The position numbers and the translations under genes are program-made. Shown here piece after piece: positions 23,361 through 33,534 of a stretch of DNA of 64,000 nt. The notes under the pieces are model-generated. The model saw only the letters and a list, made by a program, of their open reading frames with translations, ran no database searches and had not been told where the DNA came from. Source of the DNA: Escherichia phage OES_C-1; sequence record PQ553088, one strand, 5' to 3'. Each line of letters opens with the position of its first letter. The first letter of the stretch is position 1.

Positions 23361-23603
23361 TCAAACAGACTTTTTCACAATTTTCCAATCAGCTTTAAAC
23401 TGTTCAACGTCAGAATGATAAATCCAGAATCCTGCGCTTTCTCCATCCTCATAAAGAGGGCATCCATCGCATTCATCTTCCCATCCCATATCACGTAAAA
23501 GATGTTCAGCTTTTTCAACAAGTTCAGAATCTTTACCGATGATATTAAAATACCATTTACCTTTAACTTCTGAATCTTTGATGCTTTGGCGTTGTAATCT
23601 CAT
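23361..23603 (-). CDS. hypothetical protein (80 aa; frd.1-like position)
   Basis: ORF track; AAGGAG SD. Confidence 0.5.
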   Translation of the reverse strand: MRLQRQSIKDSEVKGKWYFNIIGKDSELVEKAEHLLRDMGWEDECDGCPLYEDGESAGFWIYHSDVEQFKADWKIVKKSV

Positions 23604-23741
23604 TTTATTCTCCTTAGCAAGCTTTAATCAAAAGGTATAAGCAAACTAACATAACTGCTACCATAATATAAGGTGCGAACATTTTCTTTTCTCCATTAGT
23701 TTTGATAGGGTAATAGTATCACACTACTACCCTTCTGTAAA

Positions 23742-24143
23742 CTACTTTTTGAAAGTTTTTCGCAAAAGTTCAATGATTTCATCTACATTGTTTTCGTCAA
23801 CAATGCAGTGAATTTTTGTTACACCAGAAACCTTGTCTTCGACTTCATCTTCTTCAGAAGTCGGTTCTTTATACTCGCGGAAACAATAAAACTCTTCTTC
23901 ACTAAGTTCAAAATAATCATCACCCATACCATCATCATTATAGATTTCGCCATTAGCACAAATGATTTCAGTTACATAATCAAAGCCATCTAAACTTGAT
24001 ATTGATTTAACTTCAAACCAACCACCATTTTCTTGAATGATGCCGACCATATTAGCATTTGATGAACTAATATCAATGAAAGATTTAATACGATGTGGAT
24101 TTAACTCATATTTTTTGCCGATTTCCATTTTGATTTTCCTCAT
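23742..24143 (-). CDS. hypothetical acidic protein (133 aa; frd.2-like position)
   Basis: ORF track. Confidence 0.5.
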   Translation of the reverse strand: MRKIKMEIGKKYELNPHRIKSFIDISSSNANMVGIIQENGGWFEVKSISSLDGFDYVTEIICANGEIYNDDGMGDDYFELSEEEFYCFREYKEPTSEEDEVEDKVSGVTKIHCIVDENNVDEIIELLRKTFKK

Positions 24144-24173
24144 TTTAACGGGACTGTAATAGCCCCTTGATAA

Positions 24174-24422
24174 TTATTGTTCAATCAGTCCCATATAAAA
24201 TTCTGCGTCTTCAGCATCCATGCCATCGCAATATTCATTAGCCATAAAGCGGGTGAGGTCTTCAAGAGGACCTTCAATAACGATTTGAATACTCCAAAAC
24301 TTAGAATCTTGTACGCTTGTGATACTAAGTTCAGGATAACGATTACGAATAATTTCTTCAATATATTCAAAATCAACGATGTCAATATCAACTTTAGCCA
24401 TATTATTTTCCTCTTTAATCAT
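24174..24422 (-). CDS. hypothetical protein (82 aa; frd.3-like position)
   Basis: ORF track. Confidence 0.5.
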   Translation of the reverse strand: MIKEENNMAKVDIDIVDFEYIEEIIRNRYPELSITSVQDSKFWSIQIVIEGPLEDLTRFMANEYCDGMDAEDAEFYMGLIEQ

Positions 24423-24439
24423 CAGCAGTATTGCCGATA

Positions 24440-24476
24440 GTTGTATAGTACCATAGAAGAACAGAGATGTAAACAG
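24440..24476 (-). promoter_or_regulatory. T4 early promoter (-35 GTTTAC / -10 TACTAT)
   Basis: gtaaac 24469-24474 and tatagtac 24444-24451; near-identical ~60-bp cassette recurs at 41388-41453. Confidence 0.5.
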
Positions 24477-24495
24477 TTTTGTGAAAAATTTTTGA

Positions 24496-24523
24496 AATAA
24501 AAAAGGGGACCTCTAGGGTCCCC
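24496..24523 (-). terminator. gene 32 rho-independent terminator
   Basis: ggggacc-tctag-ggtcccc hairpin followed by a U-run on the minus strand, immediately downstream of gene 32. Confidence 0.6.
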
Positions 24524-24545
24524 AATTAATTAGTAATATAATCTA

Positions 24546-25454
24546 TTAAAGGTCATTCAAAAGGTCATCCAGATCCGTGTCATCAGCACTAGATGAACTG
24601 CCAGAGCTTGAGCTCATAAAATCATCTTCAGTTTTTGTTTTGAAGTCATCAACATTGAATGCATCCAAATCATCAGCAACTTTATCAGCTTTCTTAGCGG
24701 CAGTTGCTGCGGCACCGCCCATAGCAGCAGTTCCCATAACTTGACTGAACTTAGTGCTCAGTTCTTCAAACGATTTGAATTTATCTTTAGAAGTCATTTC
24801 AGAAAGGTCAACCATCTGTTCGAACAGTTCTTTCTGGAAAGATTCATCATCAATGTTTGGAATCGCAGATTGATTCAGGAATTTAGATTCGTCGTAGTTA
24901 CTAAAACCAGAAACTTGTTTAACTTTCAGTACAAAGTTAGCACCTTCCCACGGACAAGTTACATCAACCGGAGTTTCACCCATTTCAACATCAACTGCAA
25001 TCATTGCATTGATTTTATCCCAGATTTTCTTACCGAAACGGTATTTAAATACTTTACCTTCATTTTCTGGAGCAGCTGGGTCTTTTACTACAAGAATGTT
25101 AGCCCAGTAAGAAGTTTTGCGTTTAACAAGACCGTACTCTTTATTGTCAGTGTTATACAAATCATTTTTACTGATGTACTGACATACTGGACAAGAATCG
25201 TAATCACCGTAGGTAGATGAGCATGTTTCAATATACCATTTACCATTTTTCTTGAAACCGTGATTTACAAGAATTGCGAATGGTGCTTGTTCATCATTTT
25301 TAGACGGAAGAAAACGAATTACTGCTTGACCGTTACCCGCATTGTCGAGTTTCAGTTTCCACTCGCCTTTATCTTCAGAAGAAAAACCACCTTTATTTCC
25401 AGCCAGTTTAGCCATTTGTGCAGCGAGTTCAGCAGTAGATTTACGTTTAAACAT
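24546..25454 (-). CDS. 32: single-stranded DNA-binding protein
   Basis: 302 aa; sequence recognised as T4 gp32, acidic Ser/Asp-rich C-terminus. Confidence 0.95.
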   Translation of the reverse strand: MFKRKSTAELAAQMAKLAGNKGGFSSEDKGEWKLKLDNAGNGQAVIRFLPSKNDEQAPFAILVNHGFKKNGKWYIETCSSTYGDYDSCPVCQYISKNDLYNTDNKEYGLVKRKTSYWANILVVKDPAAPENEGKVFKYRFGKKIWDKINAMIAVDVEMGETPVDVTCPWEGANFVLKVKQVSGFSNYDESKFLNQSAIPNIDDESFQKELFEQMVDLSEMTSKDKFKSFEELSTKFSQVMGTAAMGGAAATAAKKADKVADDLDAFNVDDFKTKTEDDFMSSSSGSSSSADDTDLDDLLNDL

Positions 25455-25520
25455 TTTTATTTCCTTTTTAATTTAATTAACAGTTGGTGCTATGACGATG
25501 TATGACCTCATAGCTGGTCA
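25455..25520 (-). promoter_or_regulatory. gene 32 translational operator (AU-rich unstructured leader plus 5' pseudoknot)
   Basis: Minus strand reads TGACCAGCTATGAGGTCATACATCGTCATAGC (two interleaved stems) followed by TTAATTAAATTAAAAAGGAAATAAAAATG. Confidence 0.6.
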
Positions 25521-25537
25521 GTGAGATAATTATAATC

Positions 25538-25545
25538 TATTTATA
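25538..25545 (-). promoter_or_regulatory. late promoter TATAAATA upstream of gene 32
   Basis: Reverse complement of tatttata. Confidence 0.4.
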
Positions 25546-25553
25546 ATAAGCAA

Positions 25554-26207
25554 TTAATACTTGCAAGATTTCACAGTTTCAATGAAAACACTTTTGGCTT
25601 TCTGCGAATCAATATTTAAAATTTTTCTATAAGCCTTTAACTTTATAGAATAATTATTCCAGACTAAATTATCAGTCTGTTCATCATGTTTATCAATTAT
25701 ATTTAAAAACGAATCAAGCAAGATAAACGTCTCAAACGAAATTATATTCGATTGAAGTAGTTTAAAAATATAACTTGATTGAACTTTTGGATTATACTCA
25801 AAGATTTCTTTAAAAGCAGAAACTTCAACTTTTTTACTAAAATAATAAATGTTGCGAATATCTTCTTCAAACTTAAATTTAATTTGCTTTAAGCGTCCGA
25901 TATATTCACGATAAAACACAAGTGCATCAGCATCAGAGATGTCACCAATCCAAGCATCCTGGTTAGCAACCAGATTGCTTATAAAGATTAAAGCAAGTTC
26001 CTTTAATTTATATTTTTCTGATAACTTCTGGAAAAAATACTTATCCCTTCGCTTTTGATAAGCGGCATCAGACACCCGCATGCACCAATTATACTTAATT
26101 ACATCATACTTTCCATTCATATGTTGTTTTATCATTAAGTATAATTTATAAACTGATTTACCATCAATGTATCTTTCACCACCAGCAGGCATGCGGAGTT
26201 TAATCAT
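25554..26207 (-). CDS. 59: gp59 helicase loader
   Basis: 217 aa; sequence recognised. Confidence 0.9.
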   Translation of the reverse strand: MIKLRMPAGGERYIDGKSVYKLYLMIKQHMNGKYDVIKYNWCMRVSDAAYQKRRDKYFFQKLSEKYKLKELALIFISNLVANQDAWIGDISDADALVFYREYIGRLKQIKFKFEEDIRNIYYFSKKVEVSAFKEIFEYNPKVQSSYIFKLLQSNIISFETFILLDSFLNIIDKHDEQTDNLVWNNYSIKLKAYRKILNIDSQKAKSVFIETVKSCKY

Positions 26208-26542
26208 AGTAGAAAATCTAATGTATTAGTTTTTTCACAACGAACTACAGAAGGACGTAAAAGATTTTCGTCAATAGCTTCTGACTGAATTTTTTCAATT
26301 ATACCCGAAGGAATAAATTTAGCAAATTGAGTTTCAGGAATAGAATTTTCTTCCAAGAATGCTGTTGTAGCTTCAAGATAACTCATTCCAAACTCTTCTA
26401 CCATTTTTTCAATAATAAATCCATTTTCTTGACGGTCAAGAAGCTTTGCAATTTCATCCTTTTCTTTCTTAATTGAAAGTTCTTTTTCTGAAAGACCGGT
26501 CTCATCGACCGGACGAATATCATTTAGAGAAAACTGTGTCAT
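26204..26542 (-). CDS. 33: gp33 late-transcription co-activator
   Basis: 112 aa from MTQFSLND (track ORF has 3 extra codons). Confidence 0.8.
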   Translation of the reverse strand: MTQFSLNDIRPVDETGLSEKELSIKKEKDEIAKLLDRQENGFIIEKMVEEFGMSYLEATTAFLEENSIPETQFAKFIPSGIIEKIQSEAIDENLLRPSVVRCEKTNTLDFLL

Positions 26543-26789
26543 AAAGTTCAACTACCTCTTCAGTTTCAGCTTCAAACACATCACGGTTATCTTTATGATA
26601 CAAAGCTAATAGACGATTAAACATTTTACCATCAACACCAAGTTCATCTTTGGCGCGAATTCGAATATCTTTAATCAATTCATTATAACCAGAAATTTTC
26701 AGTTTATGATCAGATGCTTCTTTGATAAATTTGGCCAAGTCTTCGCCATGGATAGCTTCATCAAATTCAACCATTTCTTTTTTAGCCAT
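26520..26789 (-). CDS. dsbA: DsbA double-stranded DNA-binding protein
   Basis: 89 aa; sequence recognised. Confidence 0.8.
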   Translation of the reverse strand: MAKKEMVEFDEAIHGEDLAKFIKEASDHKLKISGYNELIKDIRIRAKDELGVDGKMFNRLLALYHKDNRDVFEAETEEVVELYDTVFSK

Positions 26790-26797
26790 TATTCACC

Positions 26798-27715
26798 TCA
26801 AAATTCATTAATGCTATTAGTTAATTTAGAAAGACCCGCTTTTACAAAATATGAATAAATTTTGCCACGCGGTGGTAATTTATATGAATTATAGTAATTC
26901 ACAATGTTTGAAGCAATATTATCAGGAATATAATCAAAATCAATTAGAACTAAATTTTCTTTATATCGATTATATTCAGATTCAGTGAGAAGCACCTTAG
27001 CTTGCTCACGGTCATTAGCAATAGCTTCAACAACAGATGTTTTCATTGAAGGAGTTCGTTCACCTTCAACTCTGGTAAACCAAAAGTCAGATCGTACTTT
27101 AACTGAAGCAACGTTATCCTTTTTATCACCTTTAAGGATTTTAGTCATACAGTCAATTTCAGCAGAACCGCTTTTAATTTTAACCCATTTCTTGTGCATC
27201 GGTGACCACTGCTTAACATTTGGGTATTTGTGAAGTTGAGTAAAGTCACCATCCGATGAAATGATTAAAATCTTGTGTCCTTCTAAAGAGAACTTTTTAA
27301 CAAGAACAGCAATGTGGTCATCTGCTTCATACTTATCAATATCCATAACAATGTATGGCATATAAGCTTTCAATTCATCTATAACTTTATGACTGGATTC
27401 AAAATAACCTTCCCAGTCCCAAGTAGATTCTTCTCGTGCTTTTCCACGGTTTTTCTTATAGTAATAAGCGAAATCACGACGCCAGTATCCAGATTTCGCG
27501 TTATCGATACACAGTACAATTTTAGTGTATCCAAGAGTTTTTGCTTTTTTGACATTAAACTTAATTGAGTTCAATATCAAATGACGAACCATTGATAAAT
27601 TAATTTTTTCTTTATCTGGAAAGTTTACTAGAGCAGTCGAAAGTGCAATTTGACTAAAGTCAATTAAGCAAATTCCTTCTTTGTAATCTTCATCCAGCAT
27701 CATTTCTAAATCCAT
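26798..27715 (-). CDS. rnh: RNase H (5'-3' exonuclease / FEN)
   Basis: 305 aa from MDLEMML; sequence recognised. Confidence 0.9.
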   Translation of the reverse strand: MDLEMMLDEDYKEGICLIDFSQIALSTALVNFPDKEKINLSMVRHLILNSIKFNVKKAKTLGYTKIVLCIDNAKSGYWRRDFAYYYKKNRGKAREESTWDWEGYFESSHKVIDELKAYMPYIVMDIDKYEADDHIAVLVKKFSLEGHKILIISSDGDFTQLHKYPNVKQWSPMHKKWVKIKSGSAEIDCMTKILKGDKKDNVASVKVRSDFWFTRVEGERTPSMKTSVVEAIANDREQAKVLLTESEYNRYKENLVLIDFDYIPDNIASNIVNYYNSYKLPPRGKIYSYFVKAGLSKLTNSINEF

Positions 27716-27740
27716 ATGAACCTCGTTCAATTAGTGAGAT

Positions 27741-27775
27741 TTCTATTATATACCATCCAAATCTTAAAGTAAACA
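27741..27775 (-). promoter_or_regulatory. early promoter for rnh
   Basis: gtaaac 27768-27773 (-35 GTTTAC on minus) with AT-rich -10 region 27744-27754. Confidence 0.4.
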
Positions 27776-27776
27776 A

Positions 27777-27784
27777 GTATAAAT
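27777..27784 (+). promoter_or_regulatory. late promoter TATAAATA for gene 34
   Basis: tataaata 36 nt upstream of the gene 34 ATG; diverges from the rnh early promoter. Confidence 0.6.
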
Positions 27785-27819
27785 ACTTATTATTGAAAAC
27801 ACAATAGGAGCCCGGGAGA

Positions 27820-30800
27820 ATGGCCGAGATTAAAAGAAAGTTCAGAGCAGAAGATGGTCTGGACGCAGGTGGCGATAAAATAATCAACGTAGCTTTAGCT
27901 GATCGTACCGTAGGAACTGACGGTGTTAACGTTGATTACTTAATTCAAGAAAACACAGTTCAACAATATGATCCAACTCGTGGATATTTAAAAGATTTTG
28001 TAATCATTTATAATAATCGTTTTTGGGCAGCAACGGATAATATTCCAAAACCTGCTGGAAGTTTTAATAGAATTCGTTGGAAAGCATTACGTACTGATGC
28101 AGTATATACAACCGTATCATCTGGACCATATCAATTAAAATCCGGAGAAGCAATTTCAGTAGATACATCAGTTGGTAATGACATTGAGTTTAATTTACCA
28201 CCTTCTCCGCTTGATGGAGAAACCGTAATAATTCAAGATATTGGTGGAAAACCTGGTATAAATCAGGTTAAAATAAATTCTTCAAATCAGAGTATTGTCA
28301 ATTTTAGAGGTGAACAAGTACGTTCAGTTCTAATGACTCATCCAAAGTCACAAATGATATTCATTTTTAATAATCGTTTGTGGCAAATGTATGTTGCTGA
28401 TTATAGCAGAGAAGCTGCGATTGTTACTCCATCGACTGCATATCAAGCACAATCTAATGATTTTATCGTGCGTAGATTTACTTCCGCTGCGCCGATTAAT
28501 ATTAAACTTCCGAGATTTGCTAATCATGGCGATATTATTAATTTCGTTGATTTAGATAAATTAAATCCACTTTATCATACAATTGTCACGACATATGATG
28601 AAACAACTTCAGTACAAGAAGTTGGAACTCATTCTATTGAAGGTCGTACATCGATTGATGGTTTCTTGATGTTTGATGATAATGAAAAATTGTGGAGATT
28701 GTTTAACGGGGATAGTAAAGCACGTTTACGCATTATAACAACTAATTCTAACATTCGTCCAAATGAAGAAGTTATGGTATTTGGTGCGAATAATGGAACA
28801 ACCCAAACAATTGAACTTCAGCTTCCGACTGATATTTCTGTTGGTGATACTGTTAAAATTTCCATGAATTACATGAGAAAAGGACAAACAGTTAAAATCA
28901 AAGCTGCCGGTGAAGATAAAATTGCTTCTTCAGTTCAATTGTTGCAATTCCCAAAACGTTCAGAGTATCCGCCTGAAGCTGAATGGGTGACTGTTCAAGA
29001 ATTAGTTTTTAACGGCGAAACTAATTATGTTCCAGTTTTAGAGCTTGCTTATATAGAAGATTCTGACGGAAAATACTGGGTTGTACAACAAAACGTTCCA
29101 ACAGTTGAAAGAGTTGATTCTTTAAATGATTCTACTAGAGCAAGATTAGGCGTAATTGCTTTAGCTACACAAGCTCAAGCAAATGCTGATTTAGAAAATT
29201 CTCCACAGAAAGAATTAGCAATTACTCCAGAAACATTAGCTAACCGTACTGCTACAGAAACTCGTAGAGGTATCGCAAGAATAGCAACCACTGCTCAAGT
29301 GAATCAGAACACCACATTCTCTTTTGCTGATGATATTATCATCACTCCTAAAAAGCTGAATGAAAGAACTGCCACAGAAACTCGTAGAGGCGTTGCTGAA
29401 ATTGCCACACAGCAAGAAACTAACGCAGGTACTGATGATACTACAATCATCACTCCTAAAAAGCTTCAAGCTCGTCAAGGTTCTGAATCATTATCTGGTA
29501 TTGTAACCTTTGTATCTACTGCAGGAGCTACTCCAGCTTCTAGTCGTGAATTAAATGGTACAAATGTTTATAATAAAAACACTAATAATTTAGTTGTTTC
29601 GCCTAAAGCTTTGGATCAGTATAAAGCTACTCCAACCCAACAAGGTGCAGTAATTTTAGCAGTTGAAAGTGAAGTAATTGCTGGACAGAGTCAAGAAGGA
29701 TGGGCAAATGCGGTTGTAACGCCAGAAACGTTACATAAAAAGACATCAACTGATGCAAGAATTGGTTTAATTGAAATTGCTACGCAAAGTGAAGTTAATA
29801 CAGGAACTGATTATACTCGTGCAGTCACTCCTAAAACTTTAAATGACCGTATAGCAACTGAAAGTTTAAGTGGTATAGCTGAAATTGCTACGCAAGTTGA
29901 ATTCGACGCAGGCGTCGACGATACTCGTATCTCTACACCATTAAAAATTAAAACCAGATTTAATAGTACTGATCGTACTTCTGTTGTTGCTCTGTCTGGA
30001 TTAGTTGAATCAGGAACTCTCTGGGACCATTATACCCTTAATATTCTTGAAGCAAATGAGACACAGCGTGGTACACTTCGTGTAGCTACACAAGTTGAAG
30101 CTGCTGCAGGAACATTGGATAATGTTCTAATAACTCCTAAAAAGCTTTTAGGTACTAAATCTACTGAAGCGCAGGAAGGCGTTATTAAAGTTGCAACTCG
30201 GTCTGAAACTGTAGCTGGAACGTCAGCAAATACTGCTGTATCTCCAAAAAATTTAAAATGGATTGTGCAGAGTGAACCTACTTGGGCAGCTACTACTGCG
30301 ATAAGAGGTTTTGTTAAAACCTCATCCGGTTCAATTACATTCGTTGGTAATGATACAGCTGGTTCTACGCAGGACTTAGAACTATATGAGAAAAATAACT
30401 ATGCAGTATCACCATATGAATTAAACCGCGTATTAGCAAATTATTTGCCGTTAAAAGCAAAAGCTGTAGATAGTAATTTATTAGATGGTTTAGATTCACT
30501 CCAGTTCATTCGTAGGGATATTGCGCAGACGGTTAATGGTTCACTAACCTTAACACAACAAACGAATCTGAGTGCCCCTCTTGTATCATCTAGTACTGCT
30601 ACGTTCGGTGGATCAGTTTCGGCAAATAGTACATTAACTATTTCTAATACTGGAACAGCAACTCGTCTGATTTTTGAGAAAGGACCTCAAACTGGGACGA
30701 ACCCAGCTCAAACGATGACAGTCAGAGTGTGGGGAAATCAATTCAGCGGTGAATCGGACACAACACGTTCTACTGTATTTGAAGTTAGTGATGAAACGTC

Positions 30801-31689
30801 TAGTCACTTTTATTCTCAGCGCAATAAAGCTGGTAATATAACATTTAATATAAACGGTACAGTAACGCCGATAAATGTGAATGCTTCAGGAACATTGAAT
30901 GCGAATGGCGTTGCAACATTCGGTAGTTCAGTTACTGCTAATGGCGAATTTATCAGTAAATCATCGAATGCTTTTAGAGCAATAAACGGTGATTATGGAT
31001 TCTTTATCAGGAATGGTGGCAGCATCACACATTTTATGCTCACTGAATCTGGCGACCAGACCGGTGGATTTAATGGATTACGTCCTTTATCTATTAATAA
31101 TGCATCTGGTCAAGTAACGATTGGTGAAAGCTTAATCATTGCCAAAGGTGCTACTATAAGTTCAGGTGGTTTAACTGTCAACTCGAGAATTCGTTCTCAG
31201 GGTACTAAAACCTCTGATTTATATACTCGTGCGCCAACATCTGATACTGTAGGATTCTGGTCAATCGATATTAATGATTCAGCCACTTATAACCAGTTCC
31301 CGGGTTATTTTAAAATGGTTGAAAAAACTAATGAAGTTACTGGACTTCCATACTTAGAACGTGGTGAAGAAGTTAAATCTCCTGGTACATTGACTCAGTT
31401 TGGTAACACACTTGATTCACTTTACCAAGATTGGATTACTTATCCAACGACCCCAGAAGCACGTACCACTCGCTGGACACGTACATGGCAGAAAACCAAA
31501 AACTCTTGGTCAAGTTTTGTTCAGGTATTTGACGGAGGTAACCCTCCTCAACCTTCAGATATAGGAGCGATCCCATCTGATAATGGAATAATAGGTAATC
31601 TTACTATTCGCGATTTCTTGCGAATTGGTAATGTTCGCATTATTCCTGACCCAGTGAATAAAACTGTTAAATTTGAGTGGATTGAATAA
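27820..31689 (+). CDS. 34: long tail fibre proximal subunit
   Basis: 1289 aa; sequence recognised as T4 gp34. Confidence 0.95.
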   Translation: MAEIKRKFRAEDGLDAGGDKIINVALADRTVGTDGVNVDYLIQENTVQQYDPTRGYLKDFVIIYNNRFWAATDNIPKPAGSFNRIRWKALRTDAVYTTVSSGPYQLKSGEAISVDTSVGNDIEFNLPPSPLDGETVIIQDIGGKPGINQVKINSSNQSIVNFRGEQVRSVLMTHPKSQMIFIFNNRLWQMYVADYSREAAIVTPSTAYQAQSNDFIVRRFTSAAPINIKLPRFANHGDIINFVDLDKLNPLYHTIVTTYDETTSVQEVGTHSIEGRTSIDGFLMFDDNEKLWRLFNGDSKARLRIITTNSNIRPNEEVMVFGANNGTTQTIELQLPTDISVGDTVKISMNYMRKGQTVKIKAAGEDKIASSVQLLQFPKRSEYPPEAEWVTVQELVFNGETNYVPVLELAYIEDSDGKYWVVQQNVPTVERVDSLNDSTRARLGVIALATQAQANADLENSPQKELAITPETLANRTATETRRGIARIATTAQVNQNTTFSFADDIIITPKKLNERTATETRRGVAEIATQQETNAGTDDTTIITPKKLQARQGSESLSGIVTFVSTAGATPASSRELNGTNVYNKNTNNLVVSPKALDQYKATPTQQGAVILAVESEVIAGQSQEGWANAVVTPETLHKKTSTDARIGLIEIATQSEVNTGTDYTRAVTPKTLNDRIATESLSGIAEIATQVEFDAGVDDTRISTPLKIKTRFNSTDRTSVVALSGLVESGTLWDHYTLNILEANETQRGTLRVATQVEAAAGTLDNVLITPKKLLGTKSTEAQEGVIKVATRSETVAGTSANTAVSPKNLKWIVQSEPTWAATTAIRGFVKTSSGSITFVGNDTAGSTQDLELYEKNNYAVSPYELNRVLANYLPLKAKAVDSNLLDGLDSLQFIRRDIAQTVNGSLTLTQQTNLSAPLVSSSTATFGGSVSANSTLTISNTGTATRLIFEKGPQTGTNPAQTMTVRVWGNQFSGESDTTRSTVFEVSDETSSHFYSQRNKAGNITFNINGTVTPINVNASGTLNANGVATFGSSVTANGEFISKSSNAFRAINGDYGFFIRNGGSITHFMLTESGDQTGGFNGLRPLSINNASGQVTIGESLIIAKGATISSGGLTVNSRIRSQGTKTSDLYTRAPTSDTVGFWSIDINDSATYNQFPGYFKMVEKTNEVTGLPYLERGEEVKSPGTLTQFGNTLDSLYQDWITYPTTPEARTTRWTRTWQKTKNSWSSFVQVFDGGNPPQPSDIGAIPSDNGIIGNLTIRDFLRIGNVRIIPDPVNKTVKFEWIE
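29221..30260 (+). repeat. tandem ~40-residue repeats within gp34 (ITPxxL...TETRRG..IAT motif)
   Basis: Recurring ITPETLANRTATETRRGIARIAT / ITPKKLNERTATETRRGVAEIAT units; DNA copies share acagaaactcgtagagg. Confidence 0.6.
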
Positions 31690-31697
31690 GAGGTATT

Positions 31698-32813
31698 ATG
31701 GAAAAATTTATGGCAGAGTTTGGACAAGGATATGTCCAAACGCCATTTTTATCGGAAAGTAATTCAGTAAGATACAAAATAAGCATAGCGGGTTCTTGCC
31801 CGCTTTCTACAGCAGGACCATATGTTAAATTTCAGGATAACCCTGTCGGAAATCAAACATTTAGCGCAGGTCTTCATTTAAGAGTTTTTGACCCTTCAAC
31901 AGGAGCATTAGTTGATAGTAAGTCATATGCTTTTTCTACTTCAAATAATACTACATCAGCTGCTTTTGTTAGTTTCATGAATTCTTTGTCAAACAATAGA
32001 CTTGTTGCTATATTAACTAGTGGAAAGGTTAATTTTCCTCCTGAAGTGGTATCTTGGTTAAGGGGAGCAGGAACTTCAGTTTTTCCATCAGATTCCGTAT
32101 TGTCAAGATTTGACGTATCATATGCTGCTTTTTATACTTCTTCTAAAAGAGCTATTGCATTAGAGCATGTTAAACTAAGTAATAGAAAAAGCACAGATGA
32201 TTATCAAACTATTTTAGATGTTGTATTTGATAGTTTAGAAGACGTCGGAGCTACGGGATTTCCTAAAAGAACATACGAAAGCGTTGAGCAATTTATGTCT
32301 GCGGTTGGAGGAACTAATAATGAAATTGCGCGATTGCCAACTTCAGCTGCTATAAGTAAACTTTCTGACTACAATTTAATTCCTGGTGATGTTCTTTATC
32401 TTAAAGCACAACTATATGCTGATGCTGATTTACTTGATCTTGGAACTACAAATATATCCATTCGTTTTTATGATGCATCAAATGGATATATTTCTTCAAC
32501 ACAGGCTGAGTTTACTGGACAAGCTGGATCTTGGGAATTAAAGGAAGATTATGTAGTTGTTCCTGAAAATGCAGTCGGATTTACTATATATGCGCAGAGA
32601 ACTGCTCAAGCTGGTCAAGGCGGAATGAGGAATTTAAGCTTTTCTGAAGTATCAAGAAATGGCGGCATTTCAAAACCTGCCGAATTTGGCGTCAACGGTA
32701 TTCGTGTTAATTATGTCTGTGAATCGGCTTCACCTCCAGATATAATGGTACTTCCTACACAAGCCTCTTCTAAAACTGGCAAAGTGTTTGGACAGGAATT
32801 TAGAGAAGTTTAA
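31698..32813 (+). CDS. 35: long tail fibre hinge connector
   Basis: 371 aa; position and sequence. Confidence 0.9.
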   Translation: MEKFMAEFGQGYVQTPFLSESNSVRYKISIAGSCPLSTAGPYVKFQDNPVGNQTFSAGLHLRVFDPSTGALVDSKSYAFSTSNNTTSAAFVSFMNSLSNNRLVAILTSGKVNFPPEVVSWLRGAGTSVFPSDSVLSRFDVSYAAFYTSSKRAIALEHVKLSNRKSTDDYQTILDVVFDSLEDVGATGFPKRTYESVEQFMSAVGGTNNEIARLPTSAAISKLSDYNLIPGDVLYLKAQLYADADLLDLGTTNISIRFYDASNGYISSTQAEFTGQAGSWELKEDYVVVPENAVGFTIYAQRTAQAGQGGMRNLSFSEVSRNGGISKPAEFGVNGIRVNYVCESASPPDIMVLPTQASSKTGKVFGQEFREV

Positions 32814-32818
32814 ACTGA

Positions 32819-32841
32819 GGGAGCCTTCGGGTTCCCTTTTT
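32819..32841 (+). terminator. UUCG-tetraloop hairpin / weak terminator between genes 35 and 36
   Basis: gggagcc-ttcg-ggttccc followed by TTTTTCTTT. Confidence 0.45.
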
Positions 32842-32844
32842 CTT

Positions 32845-32852
32845 TATAAATA
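32845..32852 (+). promoter_or_regulatory. late promoter TATAAATA for gene 36
   Basis: tataaata 24 nt upstream of the gene 36 ATG. Confidence 0.55.
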
Positions 32853-32875
32853 ATATTAAAATAAAGGGGCATATA

Positions 32876-33526
32876 ATGGCTGATTTAAAAGTAGGTTCAA
32901 CTGTGGGTGGATCTGTCATTTGGCATCAAGGAAATTTTCCATTGAATTCAGCCGGTGACGATGTACTCTACAAATCATTTAAAATATATTCAGAATATAA
33001 TAAACCGCAGGCAGCTGATAACGATTTCGTTTCTAAAGCTAATGGTGGTACTTACGCCGGTCCAATTACTATTAATTACGGGGTAAATAGTTATCTTCAA
33101 TTAAGTAATAATGAAACCCCTATCCGAATTCGTTCTGGTGGCGGCACTGGTAATACTCTTGTAGTTGGTGGCTCTTCTGGCGGTATTAGTTTTAGACCTG
33201 CAGGTAGTGAAATCACTACTGGACAAATTACTATTACGCCAGAAGGTTTGACAACATTTACCAGGGCTGTAAAGGCTCCATCTGTAACTGTTACATCTAC
33301 TCCTTCCGCAGCATCAGATGCTACTCGTAAAGATTATGTTGATGGAGCAATAAATACTGTTACAGCAAATGCAAACTCTAGAGTGTTACGATCTGGTGAC
33401 ACTATGACAGGTAATTTAACAGCACCAAACCTTTTTTCACAGAATCCTGCATCTCAACCTTCACACGTTCCACGATTTGACCAAATCGTAATTAAGGATT
33501 CTGTTCAAGATTTCGGCTATTATTAA
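32876..33526 (+). CDS. 36: long tail fibre distal connector
   Basis: 216 aa; position and sequence. Confidence 0.9.
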   Translation: MADLKVGSTVGGSVIWHQGNFPLNSAGDDVLYKSFKIYSEYNKPQAADNDFVSKANGGTYAGPITINYGVNSYLQLSNNETPIRIRSGGGTGNTLVVGGSSGGISFRPAGSEITTGQITITPEGLTTFTRAVKAPSVTVTSTPSAASDATRKDYVDGAINTVTANANSRVLRSGDTMTGNLTAPNLFSQNPASQPSHVPRFDQIVIKDSVQDFGYY

Positions 33527-33534
33527 GAGGACTT

